Shown piece by piece: positions 21,318 to 31,821 of a stretch of DNA of 64,000 bases. The position numbers and the translations under genes were made by a program. The stretch is from a bacterium. Its GTDB lineage: Bacteria > SM23-31. Within the stretch, counting starts at the first letter, position 1. The number at the start of each line of letters is the position of its first letter. A model generated the notes under the pieces. That model worked only from the letters and a program-made list of their open reading frames with translations, was not told the DNA's origin and ran no database searches. Location of the stretch: assembly GCA_965249485.1 (NCBI GenBank), contig OZ252239.1:1984001-2048000 (forward strand), given 5' to 3'.

Positions 21318-22645
21318 TATAACTCCCAAAGACTTGTCAGACCTTCATCTTGTGTAAGGTTTACAATTTTACCGTCCTTGATCACCATCTTAAGTTTCCT
21401 GATATTTGAAATATGCTCCAAAGGATTATCCTCAATGACGATCAGGTCAGCGAGTTTTCCTTCTTCAACCGTACCGATATCGTCCAGCATACCCATCATA
21501 TCAGCTGAATTACGGGTAGCGTTGATCAATACCTGCATTTCATCCAACCCTGATAACACCTGCTGTTCAAGTTCCAGTAATACTTGCTCTCCGATAGGGG
21601 TGCCGTCGCCGCCGGCAAGGACCCTGACACCTGCTTTTACCGCCTTGCGAAGAATGTTCCTCTGGTTTAATGCATGACTCGGTGTCCGTTCATCAATAAA
21701 AGCCACTTTGGTTCTTCCTTCGATGACCTCATCTGTATCGTTCAGGTCAAGTTCAGCGATTTTTTGCTCCCTCTCGGCAATATATTCAGCGCTCAAATTG
21801 CAGACAATAGTTGGATCATAAAACGTGCCCTTTTCCGCCATGAGCTGTATGGTTTCGTCACTGAGCCCATACCCGTGCTCAATGCAGTCGATACCGAGTT
21901 CTACAGCGATACGAGCAGCTTTTTCAGAGGAATGCGCTGTCACCGGAATCCCGAAACTATGTGCTGTCTCTATTGCCGATTTAATTTCATCGCGGTCGAG
22001 AACGTCTGCTACAATTTTAATAATCCCTGCTCCGAATCTAATATTCTTCCTGACGGCTCTTCGGACTTCATCGGGACCGTTAACTTGTACGCCACCGGGA
22101 TAAGGAGAAGCATAACCGTCGCCATGAGTTGATGAGATGCTCGGCCCGGAAGAAATGATCCGCGGCCCGACAAATACACCAGCATCGAAGGCTTTCCCCC
22201 ATGCAACATCGAGGTAATCTCTCTCCGCAACCATTCTGAGCGTAGTGATACCCCTTTGAAGAGCATCCATTGCCATTCTGCCGGCGCGTATTGCTGCCGG
22301 CAATGTAGGTTCATAGTCAAGTGTTTTTTTCACATCGGGGTGAATGTCGGATATATGGCAATGATTATCCCAAAATCCCGGAAGTACGTATGCCCCGTCA
22401 AGATCGATTATTCTTGTGTTGTTTTCAGCTGCGCTTCCACGATACATCCTATTCGATACTTCCGTTATTCTGTTACCCGTGATGATTACCGTCATATCTT
22501 CCAGGACGGGACCTCCGGTACAGTCTATCATGTTACAATTGGTCAGAACAGTCGTATAGTCATTCGAATTCTGAGCATGAACCTGACTGGGTAACAAAAA
22601 CGCAGTTGTCAGGATAGCAAAAAATAAAATTTTTGATAATTTCAC
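21302..22645 (-). CDS. Secreted amidohydrolase (Xaa-Pro dipeptidase/imidazolonepropionase-like)
   Basis: Signal peptide; LPGFWDNHCH, IIK, VTAHS, IEHG, AGGD, GKLADLIV. Confidence 0.9.
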   Translation of the reverse strand: MKLSKILFFAILTTAFLLPSQVHAQNSNDYTTVLTNCNMIDCTGGPVLEDMTVIITGNRITEVSNRMYRGSAAENNTRIIDLDGAYVLPGFWDNHCHISDIHPDVKKTLDYEPTLPAAIRAGRMAMDALQRGITTLRMVAERDYLDVAWGKAFDAGVFVGPRIISSGPSISSTHGDGYASPYPGGVQVNGPDEVRRAVRKNIRFGAGIIKIVADVLDRDEIKSAIETAHSFGIPVTAHSSEKAARIAVELGIDCIEHGYGLSDETIQLMAEKGTFYDPTIVCNLSAEYIAEREQKIAELDLNDTDEVIEGRTKVAFIDERTPSHALNQRNILRKAVKAGVRVLAGGDGTPIGEQVLLELEQQVLSGLDEMQVLINATRNSADMMGMLDDIGTVEEGKLADLIVIEDNPLEHISNIRKLKMVIKDGKIVNLTQDEGLTSLWELYYTKE

Positions 22646-22861
22646 GTCACTTCTCCTTGATTGATTAATTTTTCCAGAGAATTAAATAAGTATAAATGTA
22701 TGTAATCATTTATAAAACAATAATCAAAACTAAGCAAGAATATTAGTAAAACGTGTTATCTCAAGAAACAAAATACACTTGTAAAAGTCAATTACATACC
22801 TTACTATTTTATAATAAATCCGAATTATTCTAACGACGAAAACATCTTGAGGAGAACTACG

Positions 22862-24430
22862 ATGAAAGCTCGGTACACCTTGTTTGTAAGTCTGTTTTTG
22901 ATGATTATACCAGTATCTTCTGTATCTGCACAAGAACCGGTCTACTGGGATGTTGTAGATAAGCTCATGGAAGAAGAATTTAAAAAGTCTGATGTGATGG
23001 AAAATGCCAGCTGGCTAACCGATGTTTTTGGACCGCGGAATGTGAAAACGCCTTCGTACCGTGCAGGAGCAGAATGGGCAAGAGACCGTCTAAAAGAATA
23101 TGGTCTCGCGAATGCCAGGCTTGAGCCGTATGAGTTCGGTAATGGCTGGGGACATGCATTTACGTCTATCCACATGATGACTCCACAGTACATGCGGGTT
23201 ATCGGGTATCCCGCACCGTGGACGGCAGGCACCAATGGAAAGGTACGGGCGAATGTCTTCCCCATGAATTTTGATGAAATTACTTTGGAAGCGGATCTGG
23301 AACAATACCGGGGGAAATTAAAAGATCGTATCATTTTCATAAAACCGGTACAGGAAATCTCACCCCATTTTGAAGCCACTCCCCTGACAATGACGGAAGA
23401 GGAGCTCGATGAAATGGAGAAACCTCCACTTACTCCACAAGAATCTCCTATGGCTATTGAATTGGGCAAACAGGAGAGAAGTAGAAACAGACCTCCTGAT
23501 GGCAAAATTACGAGACAGCAAATTATTGATTTTGTATTTTCCGAGGGTGCCGTAGCATTTGTACACCCGGATGCAGGGCATTATTTTGGAACAGTTGCTG
23601 CCAGTAATTACAATAGGGTAGAAAAGCCGTGGGAAGATAAGCCCCTCCAGCCCACGGAGCTGGTTTTGGCAGTTGAACAGTATAACCGGATAATGCGGAT
23701 CCTCGAAAAGGATATTCCCGTCGAAATGGAAATTGAGATCAGGACAACCGTCTACAGAGGCGAGCCTTTCGATCATAACGTCATTGCCGAGATCCCGGGT
23801 ACGGATCTAGCACATGAAATAGTTATCGTAGGCGGTCATTTTCAGTCTGTACCTGTCGGGACCGGTGCCATAGATAACGCTGCCGGTGCAGTAACCGCCA
23901 TGGAAGCGGTACGTATTATCATGGCCATCGGTGTTAAACCCAGGAGGACGATTCGTATTGGTCTCTGGGGTGGACATGATGGAGCCGGATTAGCAGGTAA
24001 CCGGAGTCATGTCCGCAAACACTTTGCTGACCGTGAAAAGAAGGAATACAAAAAGGATTATGATAATCTTTCTGCGTATTTTGATGTTGATATCGGTCCG
24101 GGCAGGATCCGGGGCCTTAACATTATGGGAAATGAAGCTATCCGGGGAATACTTACCGAGTGGATAAAACCTTTGAATAGCCTTGGGATGTCACATCTTT
24201 TCACTTCCGGGAGGTACCATGAAGCCTACGCCGAAGTAGGCCTGATTGGCTTTTATTTTACCCACGATAGAGAAGGGGCAGATAACTGGAACGCCCACAC
24301 GAATATGGACGTATATGAACGCCTCTTTCCCGATGGTCTTAAGCAAGCCTCCATTGTCCTGGCAACAATGGCGTATCATGCTGCAATGCGTGATGAAAAA
24401 CTTCCCCGTGTTTCACCATATCCATGGTAG
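22862..24430 (+). CDS. M28-fold protein paralog 4 with non-canonical active site
   Basis: Same QEPVYWDVV N-terminus and AAMRDEKLPR C-terminus as paralogs 1-3, but GGHFQS and WGGHDG replace GGHFD and WxxEE. Confidence 0.85.
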   Translation: MKARYTLFVSLFLMIIPVSSVSAQEPVYWDVVDKLMEEEFKKSDVMENASWLTDVFGPRNVKTPSYRAGAEWARDRLKEYGLANARLEPYEFGNGWGHAFTSIHMMTPQYMRVIGYPAPWTAGTNGKVRANVFPMNFDEITLEADLEQYRGKLKDRIIFIKPVQEISPHFEATPLTMTEEELDEMEKPPLTPQESPMAIELGKQERSRNRPPDGKITRQQIIDFVFSEGAVAFVHPDAGHYFGTVAASNYNRVEKPWEDKPLQPTELVLAVEQYNRIMRILEKDIPVEMEIEIRTTVYRGEPFDHNVIAEIPGTDLAHEIVIVGGHFQSVPVGTGAIDNAAGAVTAMEAVRIIMAIGVKPRRTIRIGLWGGHDGAGLAGNRSHVRKHFADREKKEYKKDYDNLSAYFDVDIGPGRIRGLNIMGNEAIRGILTEWIKPLNSLGMSHLFTSGRYHEAYAEVGLIGFYFTHDREGADNWNAHTNMDVYERLFPDGLKQASIVLATMAYHAAMRDEKLPRVSPYPW

Positions 24431-24580
24431 TACAATTAAGCCGATGATGGATTGTATCAGATTGGTAATGGTATTACATGAAGTGAATAACAACAATAAA
24501 ATTGACGTAGCATTGCAATAAATTCTCATTTACTCTATAGTGAGTGTTGAAAGGCGAATATTAGAGCGGTTCATTAGACC

Positions 24581-26869
24581 ATGAAACTTCCCACCCCATT
24601 AAAGTTTTTCAGATGTGCACGTGGAGTAATATTACTTATTGTACTTGCCGTTCCCTGCACGTCCTATGCTCAGGATTCTGGTAATATTTCTGATGCATCG
24701 GAAAACAGCCCGTTCCATAAGGAAATGCGGGCGGTACGGATCGCTAATAGTCCCAAAATCGACGGCGTTCTCGATGACCCTGCCTGGGATAAGGCGGAGT
24801 TTCAGGGCAATTTTATCCAGCGGGTTCCGGATACGGGAGCCCCTCCAACTGAAAAGACCGAAATTGCGATTATTTATGATGATGAGAATGTATATTTTGG
24901 TGTCCGATTATACGATTCTGAACCTGACAAGATTCGTATTACCGAGATGAGGAGGGATGGAGATAAAATCAATGATGACAGGTTCGAGATAGTGCTCGAT
25001 ACATTTCATGATCATCAAAGTGCTTATAATTTTATTATCAATGCCTCGGGTTCCAATAACGATGCGATCATTCGGGAAGACGGAAGACTACGCAATAGTG
25101 CATGGACAGGTGTATGGGCCGCTAAATCTTCAATTGATGAAAAAGGGTGGTACCTTGAAATCTTCGTGCCATGGCAAACACTTCGGTACAATGAGGGAGA
25201 TAATCTTGTTTGGGGTGCTAATTATGTGCGCACAATAATAAGAAAAAATGAAAAAGACATCTGGCGGTTCGTGCCGCTTTATGCAGGTGTCGAAGGTCAG
25301 GAACGTATTTCTCAGGCAGGTAATGTCACCGGTTTTAATGGCCTTGAAATGGGGGGAAACTTTGATTTTAAACCCTTCGTAACTGGTGGATTGCAGCGAG
25401 ATGATTTCGTAAAAGATGACCTCGGTGAGTTCGGAATTGATTTAAAAAAGAGTATCACTTCAACATTATCAGCAGATTTTACTTTCAATACTGATTTTGC
25501 GCAGATCGAGGCGGATCAGGAGCAGGTAAATCTGACACGTTTCGATCTGTTTTTTCCGGAAAAACGGGATTTCTTTTTGGAGGGCGCGGGAACATTTTCG
25601 TTCGGTCAGGCACAGCCCGGTGGAAATCCAATTAATGATGTAACACTTCCTCAGTTTAGTCAAGCCCCTAATTTCCAACTTTTTCATAGTCGTACAATCG
25701 GTCTATCAGACGGAAATCTAGTGCCAATACTAGGTGGAGCACGACTTAACGGTAAGGTTGGAAGCTATTCGTTGGGTCTTATGTCTCTTCAAACTAAAAA
25801 AAAATCTATCGAAAATGTCAGTACATTTGTACCGGAAACTAATTTTAGTGCCTTCAGATTGAAACGTGATATATTTTCTCGTTCAGCTGTCGGAATAATG
25901 TTCCTGAACAAACAAGAAGTGCATGGGGGTTATAACCGTTCGATCGGTATTGATTCCAATTTCAATGTCAAAGAAAGGTTCTCGTTTTTTATGGTTGGTG
26001 CGGGGACCTATTCGCCGGGAACGAAAGGTAAAAGAAATAATTTTGTAGGAAATACCGGATTTCGATTTAAATCGGATCTGTTGCAATATAACCTCTCTTT
26101 TCTGAACATCGATAAAGACTTTATGCCGGTAATGGGTTTTGTCAAAAGAACAGATATTAAATTCACGGAAGGTGGCATCACGTTATCGCCTCGTCTAAAT
26201 AATCCGACAATACGACAGATCTTTTTTATAACGAATGCAAATTATATAACTAATCATAGTAATCGCGTACAGAATAAAACGTTCAGTGGAACATTTTCAA
26301 TGGATTTTGAAAATACGACAAATTTCAGCATATCGGTTGACAGAGAATTTGAGTACCTCGATAAAATTTTTGAAATTCGACCGGGTCTGAATATTCCTCA
26401 GGAAAGCTATACGAATACGAAATTTCGCGGTCTCTTTCGTTCGGACAGGACAAAAATCATCCATGGGTCGGTAAATATAAATCGGGGAGATTTTTTTACA
26501 GGCACTTCCTTCGGGGGAGGGGTGAGTACCACGATTCGGGCACATCCTCAAGTTTTTGCAAGTGCAGATTATAATTACAGCAAGGTCGAGCTTCCCGAGG
26601 GGGATTTTCATACGAATTTAATTTCAGCACGGTTGAGTTATGCATTTAACACAGAATTTTTTATCAAAGGATTTTTTCAATGGGTCGATGACGCCTTGCT
26701 TTTCAATGACAGAAATCAAGTGTCACAAAACATTATTCTCCGTTATATTTACAAGCTCGGAAGCGATTTTTATTTAGTATATAATCAGGAAAATTTATTA
26801 GGATCCGGAAATGATGTAACCACCAATAGAACTCTCATTGCAAAATTTACCTATCTATTACGGAAATAA
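24581..26869 (+). CDS. DUF5916 / CBM9-like domain outer-membrane protein
   Basis: IDGVLDDPAW, FNTDFAQIEAD, VNLTRFDLFFPEKRDFFLEG, FHSRTIG. Confidence 0.88.
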   Translation: MKLPTPLKFFRCARGVILLIVLAVPCTSYAQDSGNISDASENSPFHKEMRAVRIANSPKIDGVLDDPAWDKAEFQGNFIQRVPDTGAPPTEKTEIAIIYDDENVYFGVRLYDSEPDKIRITEMRRDGDKINDDRFEIVLDTFHDHQSAYNFIINASGSNNDAIIREDGRLRNSAWTGVWAAKSSIDEKGWYLEIFVPWQTLRYNEGDNLVWGANYVRTIIRKNEKDIWRFVPLYAGVEGQERISQAGNVTGFNGLEMGGNFDFKPFVTGGLQRDDFVKDDLGEFGIDLKKSITSTLSADFTFNTDFAQIEADQEQVNLTRFDLFFPEKRDFFLEGAGTFSFGQAQPGGNPINDVTLPQFSQAPNFQLFHSRTIGLSDGNLVPILGGARLNGKVGSYSLGLMSLQTKKKSIENVSTFVPETNFSAFRLKRDIFSRSAVGIMFLNKQEVHGGYNRSIGIDSNFNVKERFSFFMVGAGTYSPGTKGKRNNFVGNTGFRFKSDLLQYNLSFLNIDKDFMPVMGFVKRTDIKFTEGGITLSPRLNNPTIRQIFFITNANYITNHSNRVQNKTFSGTFSMDFENTTNFSISVDREFEYLDKIFEIRPGLNIPQESYTNTKFRGLFRSDRTKIIHGSVNINRGDFFTGTSFGGGVSTTIRAHPQVFASADYNYSKVELPEGDFHTNLISARLSYAFNTEFFIKGFFQWVDDALLFNDRNQVSQNIILRYIYKLGSDFYLVYNQENLLGSGNDVTTNRTLIAKFTYLLRK

Positions 26870-26967
26870 ACATACGTGCACAATGAGACTGTTTTTGACA
26901 TCGTCTGTATGAAAATATCACAAAAAATATTTAACAAGAGTGTTCGGATACTAAGGAGGTATGGAGC

Positions 26968-28368
26968 ATGAGGAAACTACTGACAAAATCTATTTTTTTC
27001 TGTTGTATCGGGCTATTTACAGGTTACGTTTCTGTGCTGGGACAGGAAAAGGCACAGGATCGGAGAACATGGATCGACGAAAACGCCACTACCACTGACG
27101 ATCCCCGGCGTATTCCTCAACCACCTGGTCAACAGGGTCCCGAGGGTACACTGGTATTGACCGGCGGGCGGATATTTGATGGGACTGGTGGGGCAGTACG
27201 TAACGGAACAATTGTCATTGATCGGAACAAAATCAAAGAGATCCTTCCTTCCGGTTCAACAAATTGGCCCCGGAATGCGCAGGTGATTGATGTTGCCGGG
27301 AAAACTATCATGCCGGGTCTAATAGCCCTCCATGAACATATGACCGAAGCTGGTGCGTTGAGCGGCCCGACGGTTGTTTCGAATGAAGCAATCAATACGC
27401 TTAAATCTGTCGAACGTCTTCGATGGTATATCGAGATCGGTATCACAAGTATCCGGGATCTTGCATCTCGTGGGGATATACCATTTAGAATAAAAGAGTT
27501 TATTGCCGAGAACCGAATACCGGGTCCCAGAGTGCTTCCGGCAGGTCAGATCATCAGTTCTACGGGAGGACATGGAAACAATGGATCGCACATGAACGAC
27601 CCGCTGGTCAACGCGGAGCGGGCAGTAGATGGTCCGGACGAGTGGCGAAAAGCTGTTCGGGAACAGTTCAACAAGGGAGCAGATGTCATAAAATTGGCAA
27701 GCCACTTCAGCCGGGAAGAGATCGGCGCAGCAGTAGAAGAAGCACATGCACTCGGGATGAAAGTCACCGTCGACGCGGAGGCTTTTTATGTTCAATGGGC
27801 GGTTGAAGCCGGAGTGGACGGTATTGAGCATTTGCAGCCTCGCTCTGAAGAAGCTATCAGGTTAATGGCAGAAAAAGGTACAGAGTCAGTGCCTACAATT
27901 ATTCCATTCATGAGAGATCTGAATCGGGCAGAAAGTCAATTTGGGTACCCCTTTATAGGCGGAGGTCCCACGAACAGGTACACAGTTACAAAAGAATCAG
28001 TTATGGAGTTATTTCGGAAACAGAAAAGTATGGGGATAAAAATGGGTATTGGTATAGATATGGGGAGTAATGTTATTTCATTTCCGGGATCCTATATTAC
28101 CGAAATGAAATATTTTGTCCAGGGAGGGTATACCATTCCCGAAGTCCTTGTTGCTGCAACCAAGACAGGGGCGGAGATCCTCGATATGGACGATAAGCTG
28201 GGAACATTGGAACCCGGAAAACTTGCCGATGTTCTTGTTGTAGACGGCAGACCTGATGTTGACCTTGATGATCTTGCGAATACTGATCTGGTTGTCCGTG
28301 ACGGATACATAGTCGTTAGAGATGGCAGGGTATTTGTTCCGCGGCATGTTCCACCCGGCAATGATTAA
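26968..28368 (+). CDS. Secreted amidohydrolase family protein
   Basis: Signal peptide; PGLIALHEH, DVIKL, VTVDAE, GIEH, GIGID, GKLADVLVV. Confidence 0.88.
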   Translation: MRKLLTKSIFFCCIGLFTGYVSVLGQEKAQDRRTWIDENATTTDDPRRIPQPPGQQGPEGTLVLTGGRIFDGTGGAVRNGTIVIDRNKIKEILPSGSTNWPRNAQVIDVAGKTIMPGLIALHEHMTEAGALSGPTVVSNEAINTLKSVERLRWYIEIGITSIRDLASRGDIPFRIKEFIAENRIPGPRVLPAGQIISSTGGHGNNGSHMNDPLVNAERAVDGPDEWRKAVREQFNKGADVIKLASHFSREEIGAAVEEAHALGMKVTVDAEAFYVQWAVEAGVDGIEHLQPRSEEAIRLMAEKGTESVPTIIPFMRDLNRAESQFGYPFIGGGPTNRYTVTKESVMELFRKQKSMGIKMGIGIDMGSNVISFPGSYITEMKYFVQGGYTIPEVLVAATKTGAEILDMDDKLGTLEPGKLADVLVVDGRPDVDLDDLANTDLVVRDGYIVVRDGRVFVPRHVPPGND

Positions 28369-28477
28369 TAGCTACGATCGGATATGGTAGAGAGAAGCAT
28401 CTTTTCTGCTATATGTATTACATATGCAGAATGGATGCAGTTTCTGAAAATATGTTTACTAATAATGGGGAGTAGTT

Positions 28478-29212
28478 ATGTTGGTTACTTCGGCTCAAGA
28501 CATTGTTAAGAATGTCGATGCGGATAGCGTGATTATAAAGATTATTAATAATGACACACTTTATATACCCAATGAATTATTACAGCAAATTAGCCATTTG
28601 ACGAGTTCCTCTGGATTTGATACTACGGACAAATTAGGAATTGTTACAATTATAGTATTAATTGCAGTTCCAATTTGGACGTTTTTTCAGCAAAAAAAGC
28701 AGTTTAATCAACAAATTGAAACCATTAAAAATCAAATTAGAATACAAAAAAAGCAATTTAAAACTCAATTGGATATGCAAAAACAGCATTTAATTAAATC
28801 TGTTACACCGAAAGGGAATATAAAAATCAGTTACGCATCGAATTTATTTAAAATCATATTAAATAATATTGGTATAGGTCCGCTACATGTTAAAAATATA
28901 AAAGTATTAAAAAGTGGAAAAGAAATTGATGACCTTTGGAAAATAATTCCTCAGGTGCCAGCTAATTCAGCTACTACACATATTAAAAATGATATTATTG
29001 CTGTTGGTGATTCCTATTTGGGATTAAAAGCCGGTGAAGGAGAACCAATTCTGGCTTTTGAAGATATAAGAGACTCTGAAATCGGCAGAGAATTTATTGA
29101 AAAATTAAGAGGTCTATTTAAAGATGTCTCTATACTAGTTTATTATAGTGATATATATAAATCTGAGGAATTTGTAACGGGTGTAGATCTCAACAAATTA
29201 AGTGGCTATTAA
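28478..29212 (+). CDS. Membrane-anchored hypothetical protein (AT-rich island, paralog A)
   Basis: One TM helix, Q-rich coil, QKQHLIKSVTP...NIGIGP...YYSDIY. Confidence 0.7.
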   Translation: MLVTSAQDIVKNVDADSVIIKIINNDTLYIPNELLQQISHLTSSSGFDTTDKLGIVTIIVLIAVPIWTFFQQKKQFNQQIETIKNQIRIQKKQFKTQLDMQKQHLIKSVTPKGNIKISYASNLFKIILNNIGIGPLHVKNIKVLKSGKEIDDLWKIIPQVPANSATTHIKNDIIAVGDSYLGLKAGEGEPILAFEDIRDSEIGREFIEKLRGLFKDVSILVYYSDIYKSEEFVTGVDLNKLSGY

Positions 29213-29237
29213 ATATTAAATTATAGGTAAAAATAAA

Positions 29238-29804
29238 ATGAATGAAGCTGTTCAAGATACAATTTACGTAGCAATGAATACTAATAATATGCCGACTTAT
29301 GTAATTGCGATAATGGCAATAATTATTTCTATTTATTCATTAATATACCATATAAGACATTCCAAAATACAGTTACAATTACAAAAGGATCATTTGATTA
29401 AATCAGTAGTGCCTAGTGGCTTTTTGGATACTTATTCAGGGTTGAATTTTATTAAAGTTAAACTTACAAATGCTGGTTTGGGACCAATGAGTATCAATAG
29501 AATGGAAATCTTGAAAAATGGTAAAAAAGTAGATCAACTTAGAGATTTATTAGCACCTTTACCTGATAAAACTGATATTACACATTTTGAAGGAGATCTT
29601 ACTAAAATAAGAGAAGGAGTGGTGGTATCGAATGGAAGTACCTTGCCAATTCTATCGATAGAAGATTTATTGGATTCTCCTCTTGGTAGAGAATATGTTG
29701 AGGATGTAAAACGGCGATTGAAGGATGTTTTTATAATCATCTATTTTACAGATATATTTAAAACTGAAGAATTGAAAGTGGGTAAAATAATAATGACTGA
29801 GTGA
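29238..29804 (+). CDS. Membrane-anchored hypothetical protein (paralog B)
   Basis: TM helix, QKDHLIKSVVP...NAGLGP...YFTDIF; clearly similar to 28478 ORF. Confidence 0.7.
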   Translation: MNEAVQDTIYVAMNTNNMPTYVIAIMAIIISIYSLIYHIRHSKIQLQLQKDHLIKSVVPSGFLDTYSGLNFIKVKLTNAGLGPMSINRMEILKNGKKVDQLRDLLAPLPDKTDITHFEGDLTKIREGVVVSNGSTLPILSIEDLLDSPLGREYVEDVKRRLKDVFIIIYFTDIFKTEELKVGKIIMTE

Positions 29805-29891
29805 CAATATTAAGGTTTAATTAAGTCATAATTATTAATATGCGGAAAGGGTGAATTTTCTTATTTTTGATTTAGCGAAAAGAGAGCATAT

Positions 29892-30557
29892 ATGCTAAAA
29901 AAATACAAAAATGAATTAATTAATTTGATTCAAAAATTTAATTTAAATATGAATCAGTTTGTATTATTGGAAGAGGAAAATGGTGTCGTAAAAATAGAGC
30001 ATCAAAATAGTAATCTTTGGTTCGAGTTTATAAGTCATAAAGATACATATGATGTAATGGGATTTGGCTATTCAACTTTTTCTCCAAGTAGGGAACTTGT
30101 ACACCAATATAAATCAAGGTACACATTTGATCAATTATTCGAAATTTTTGAAGGTTGGATTCAAACTGAAGTAATGGCATACATTGAAGAAGCATCTGTT
30201 CCTGATTCGTGGGAAGAATTAAGAAATAGAAGTGATATAAATCCTTCATTTGAAGAGGATCTAGATAATTTTAGTGAAGATGAAATTGTAAGAATAAAGT
30301 TATCCATAAGTAATTTTAAAGTATTGATTCAAGAAAAATATAGTCCATCTTTAGAAGAAATGGAATTTATTAATTCAAGATTAGATTATGTTGAAAATGA
30401 AGTAAAAAAACTTAACAAATTTAATTGGAAAAGTGTTTTTCAAAACATATTAATTAGTATTGGAAAATTAATTGTGAAAGATAACAATATTGAAGAGTAT
30501 TTCGAAATAATAAAAAACACGTTTTCAATTATTGGTGCGTATTTTAAGCCAATTTAA
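29892..30557 (+). CDS. Hypothetical protein (AT-rich island)
   Basis: 221-aa ORF, no recognised motif. Confidence 0.6.
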   Translation: MLKKYKNELINLIQKFNLNMNQFVLLEEENGVVKIEHQNSNLWFEFISHKDTYDVMGFGYSTFSPSRELVHQYKSRYTFDQLFEIFEGWIQTEVMAYIEEASVPDSWEELRNRSDINPSFEEDLDNFSEDEIVRIKLSISNFKVLIQEKYSPSLEEMEFINSRLDYVENEVKKLNKFNWKSVFQNILISIGKLIVKDNNIEEYFEIIKNTFSIIGAYFKPI

Positions 30558-30575
30558 ATGGGATAATGAGGAAGA

Positions 30576-30734
30576 ATGAAAAACAATAATAAAGACTCAA
30601 AGTGGGTCAATAAGACTATTGCAATTGGAGCAATAATAGCTGTTTTTATTTCAAGTATCACTTTATATGTGCAAAGAAAACATAATATACTTATCTCTGC
30701 GAAATTAAGAGGTAATAATAAAATAAGTGGATAA
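30576..30734 (+). pseudogene. Truncated paralog of the island membrane-anchored family
   Basis: Translated by hand: MKNNNKDSKWVNKTIAIGAIIAVFISSITLYVQRKHNILIS...; QRKHNIL matches QRKHNVL of the next ORF; RBS gagga. Confidence 0.55.
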
Positions 30735-31473
30735 ATTTATGAACACTTTATTTAATCAAGATTCTGTCTCATCGATTAGTACTGATTCTTTAAATATTTA
30801 TGAAATTACTCGTGATACAATTTATGTTTTTGAGCAAATGATTGCAGAAAATGCAAGTATTTTTAAAAATCTTTCAGATGTAGCAACAATAATTATTGCT
30901 TTTGGTGCAGTTGTGGGGATTTATATATCTGTCAGAACCTACTTAAATCTGAATAGTCATTTTGACATTCAAATGGTAAAATCAAATAAACAATTAAACA
31001 TTCAAAGAAAACATAATGTTTTATCATTAAAACCCTATATAAATATCGCATCTAATAATTTAATTCATAAAATAGATTTAAAAATAACAAATTGCGGCAA
31101 TGGTGCTTTGAAAATAAAATCTTTGAAATATACTATTGATAATATTTCACATAACAAAATGACTGATCATTTAAAAGATAATACAAATAAATATATGAAG
31201 AAATGTGTTGATGAAAAGTTAATTGAATGTGAAGGTCTTGCCTATTCAGATGTCAGTTATATTGTTTCTGGTGGATCAGATGTTTTGTTTTTCATTTTAG
31301 TCAACCAAAAATCATATATAGATCCACCAATTTTGGAAGAAATTGAAAATATGATTAATGAAGTAAGAGACAAATTAAGAGCGATAAATTTAGAAATAGA
31401 ATATTCAGATTCATATGAAAAGAATTATACAATAAAAAAAGAACTTTCAAAATACTTTAAACACACTTATTAG
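30727..31473 (+). CDS. Membrane-anchored hypothetical protein (paralog C)
   Basis: TM helix, QRKHNVLSLKP...NCGNGA...EYSDSY. Confidence 0.7.
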   Translation: MDKFMNTLFNQDSVSSISTDSLNIYEITRDTIYVFEQMIAENASIFKNLSDVATIIIAFGAVVGIYISVRTYLNLNSHFDIQMVKSNKQLNIQRKHNVLSLKPYINIASNNLIHKIDLKITNCGNGALKIKSLKYTIDNISHNKMTDHLKDNTNKYMKKCVDEKLIECEGLAYSDVSYIVSGGSDVLFFILVNQKSYIDPPILEEIENMINEVRDKLRAINLEIEYSDSYEKNYTIKKELSKYFKHTY

Positions 31474-31522
31474 TTACAAAATTAGTAAAGTAAATAATTA
31501 CAAATGCAGTCTCTGAATTGAT

Positions 31523-31702
31523 ATGAAAAACAAATTTCTAACAAAAAAAGAAGTTTCAGAATTCCTAGGTGTAAACATTTACACAATTGATTGATATGTG
31601 AAAAAGAGAGGTTTGCCATTCTATCGGTTTGCAAATGAACCAAGATTTTTAGAGTCCGATATTATGGATTGAATCAGCAATTTCATTATCAGAAAACGAT
31701 GA
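31523..31702 (+). pseudogene. Excisionase/AlpA-like HTH DNA-binding protein pseudogene
   Basis: MKNKFLTKKEVSEFLGVNIYTID*YVKKRGLPFYRFANEPRFLESDIMD*I; in-frame TGA at 31592 and 31670. Confidence 0.75.
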
Positions 31703-31788
31703 GTAATAGTATAGCAATAATACAATCCTACAAAAAAGCACACACAATACGGTTTTGTGAATGACTGTATCTTCTTGTTTTTACAGCT

Positions 31789-31821
31789 TTGTGCGCCATC
31801 AGAGATCGAATCCCGAACCTT
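31789..31821 (-). repeat. Degenerate direct repeat of tRNA-Lys 3' end (att-like)
   Basis: ttgtgcgccatcag-agatcgaatcccgaacctt vs ttgtgcgccatcaggggatcgaaccccgaacctt at 34822-34855 (1 gap, 2 substitutions). Confidence 0.85.

Noticed and set aside
31523..31702. TGA recoding (Trp or Sec) in the excisionase-like ORF
   Set aside because: TGA ends ordinary genes here (12958, 29804, 57451, 58041); single-base CGA/TGG to TGA decay explains both stops
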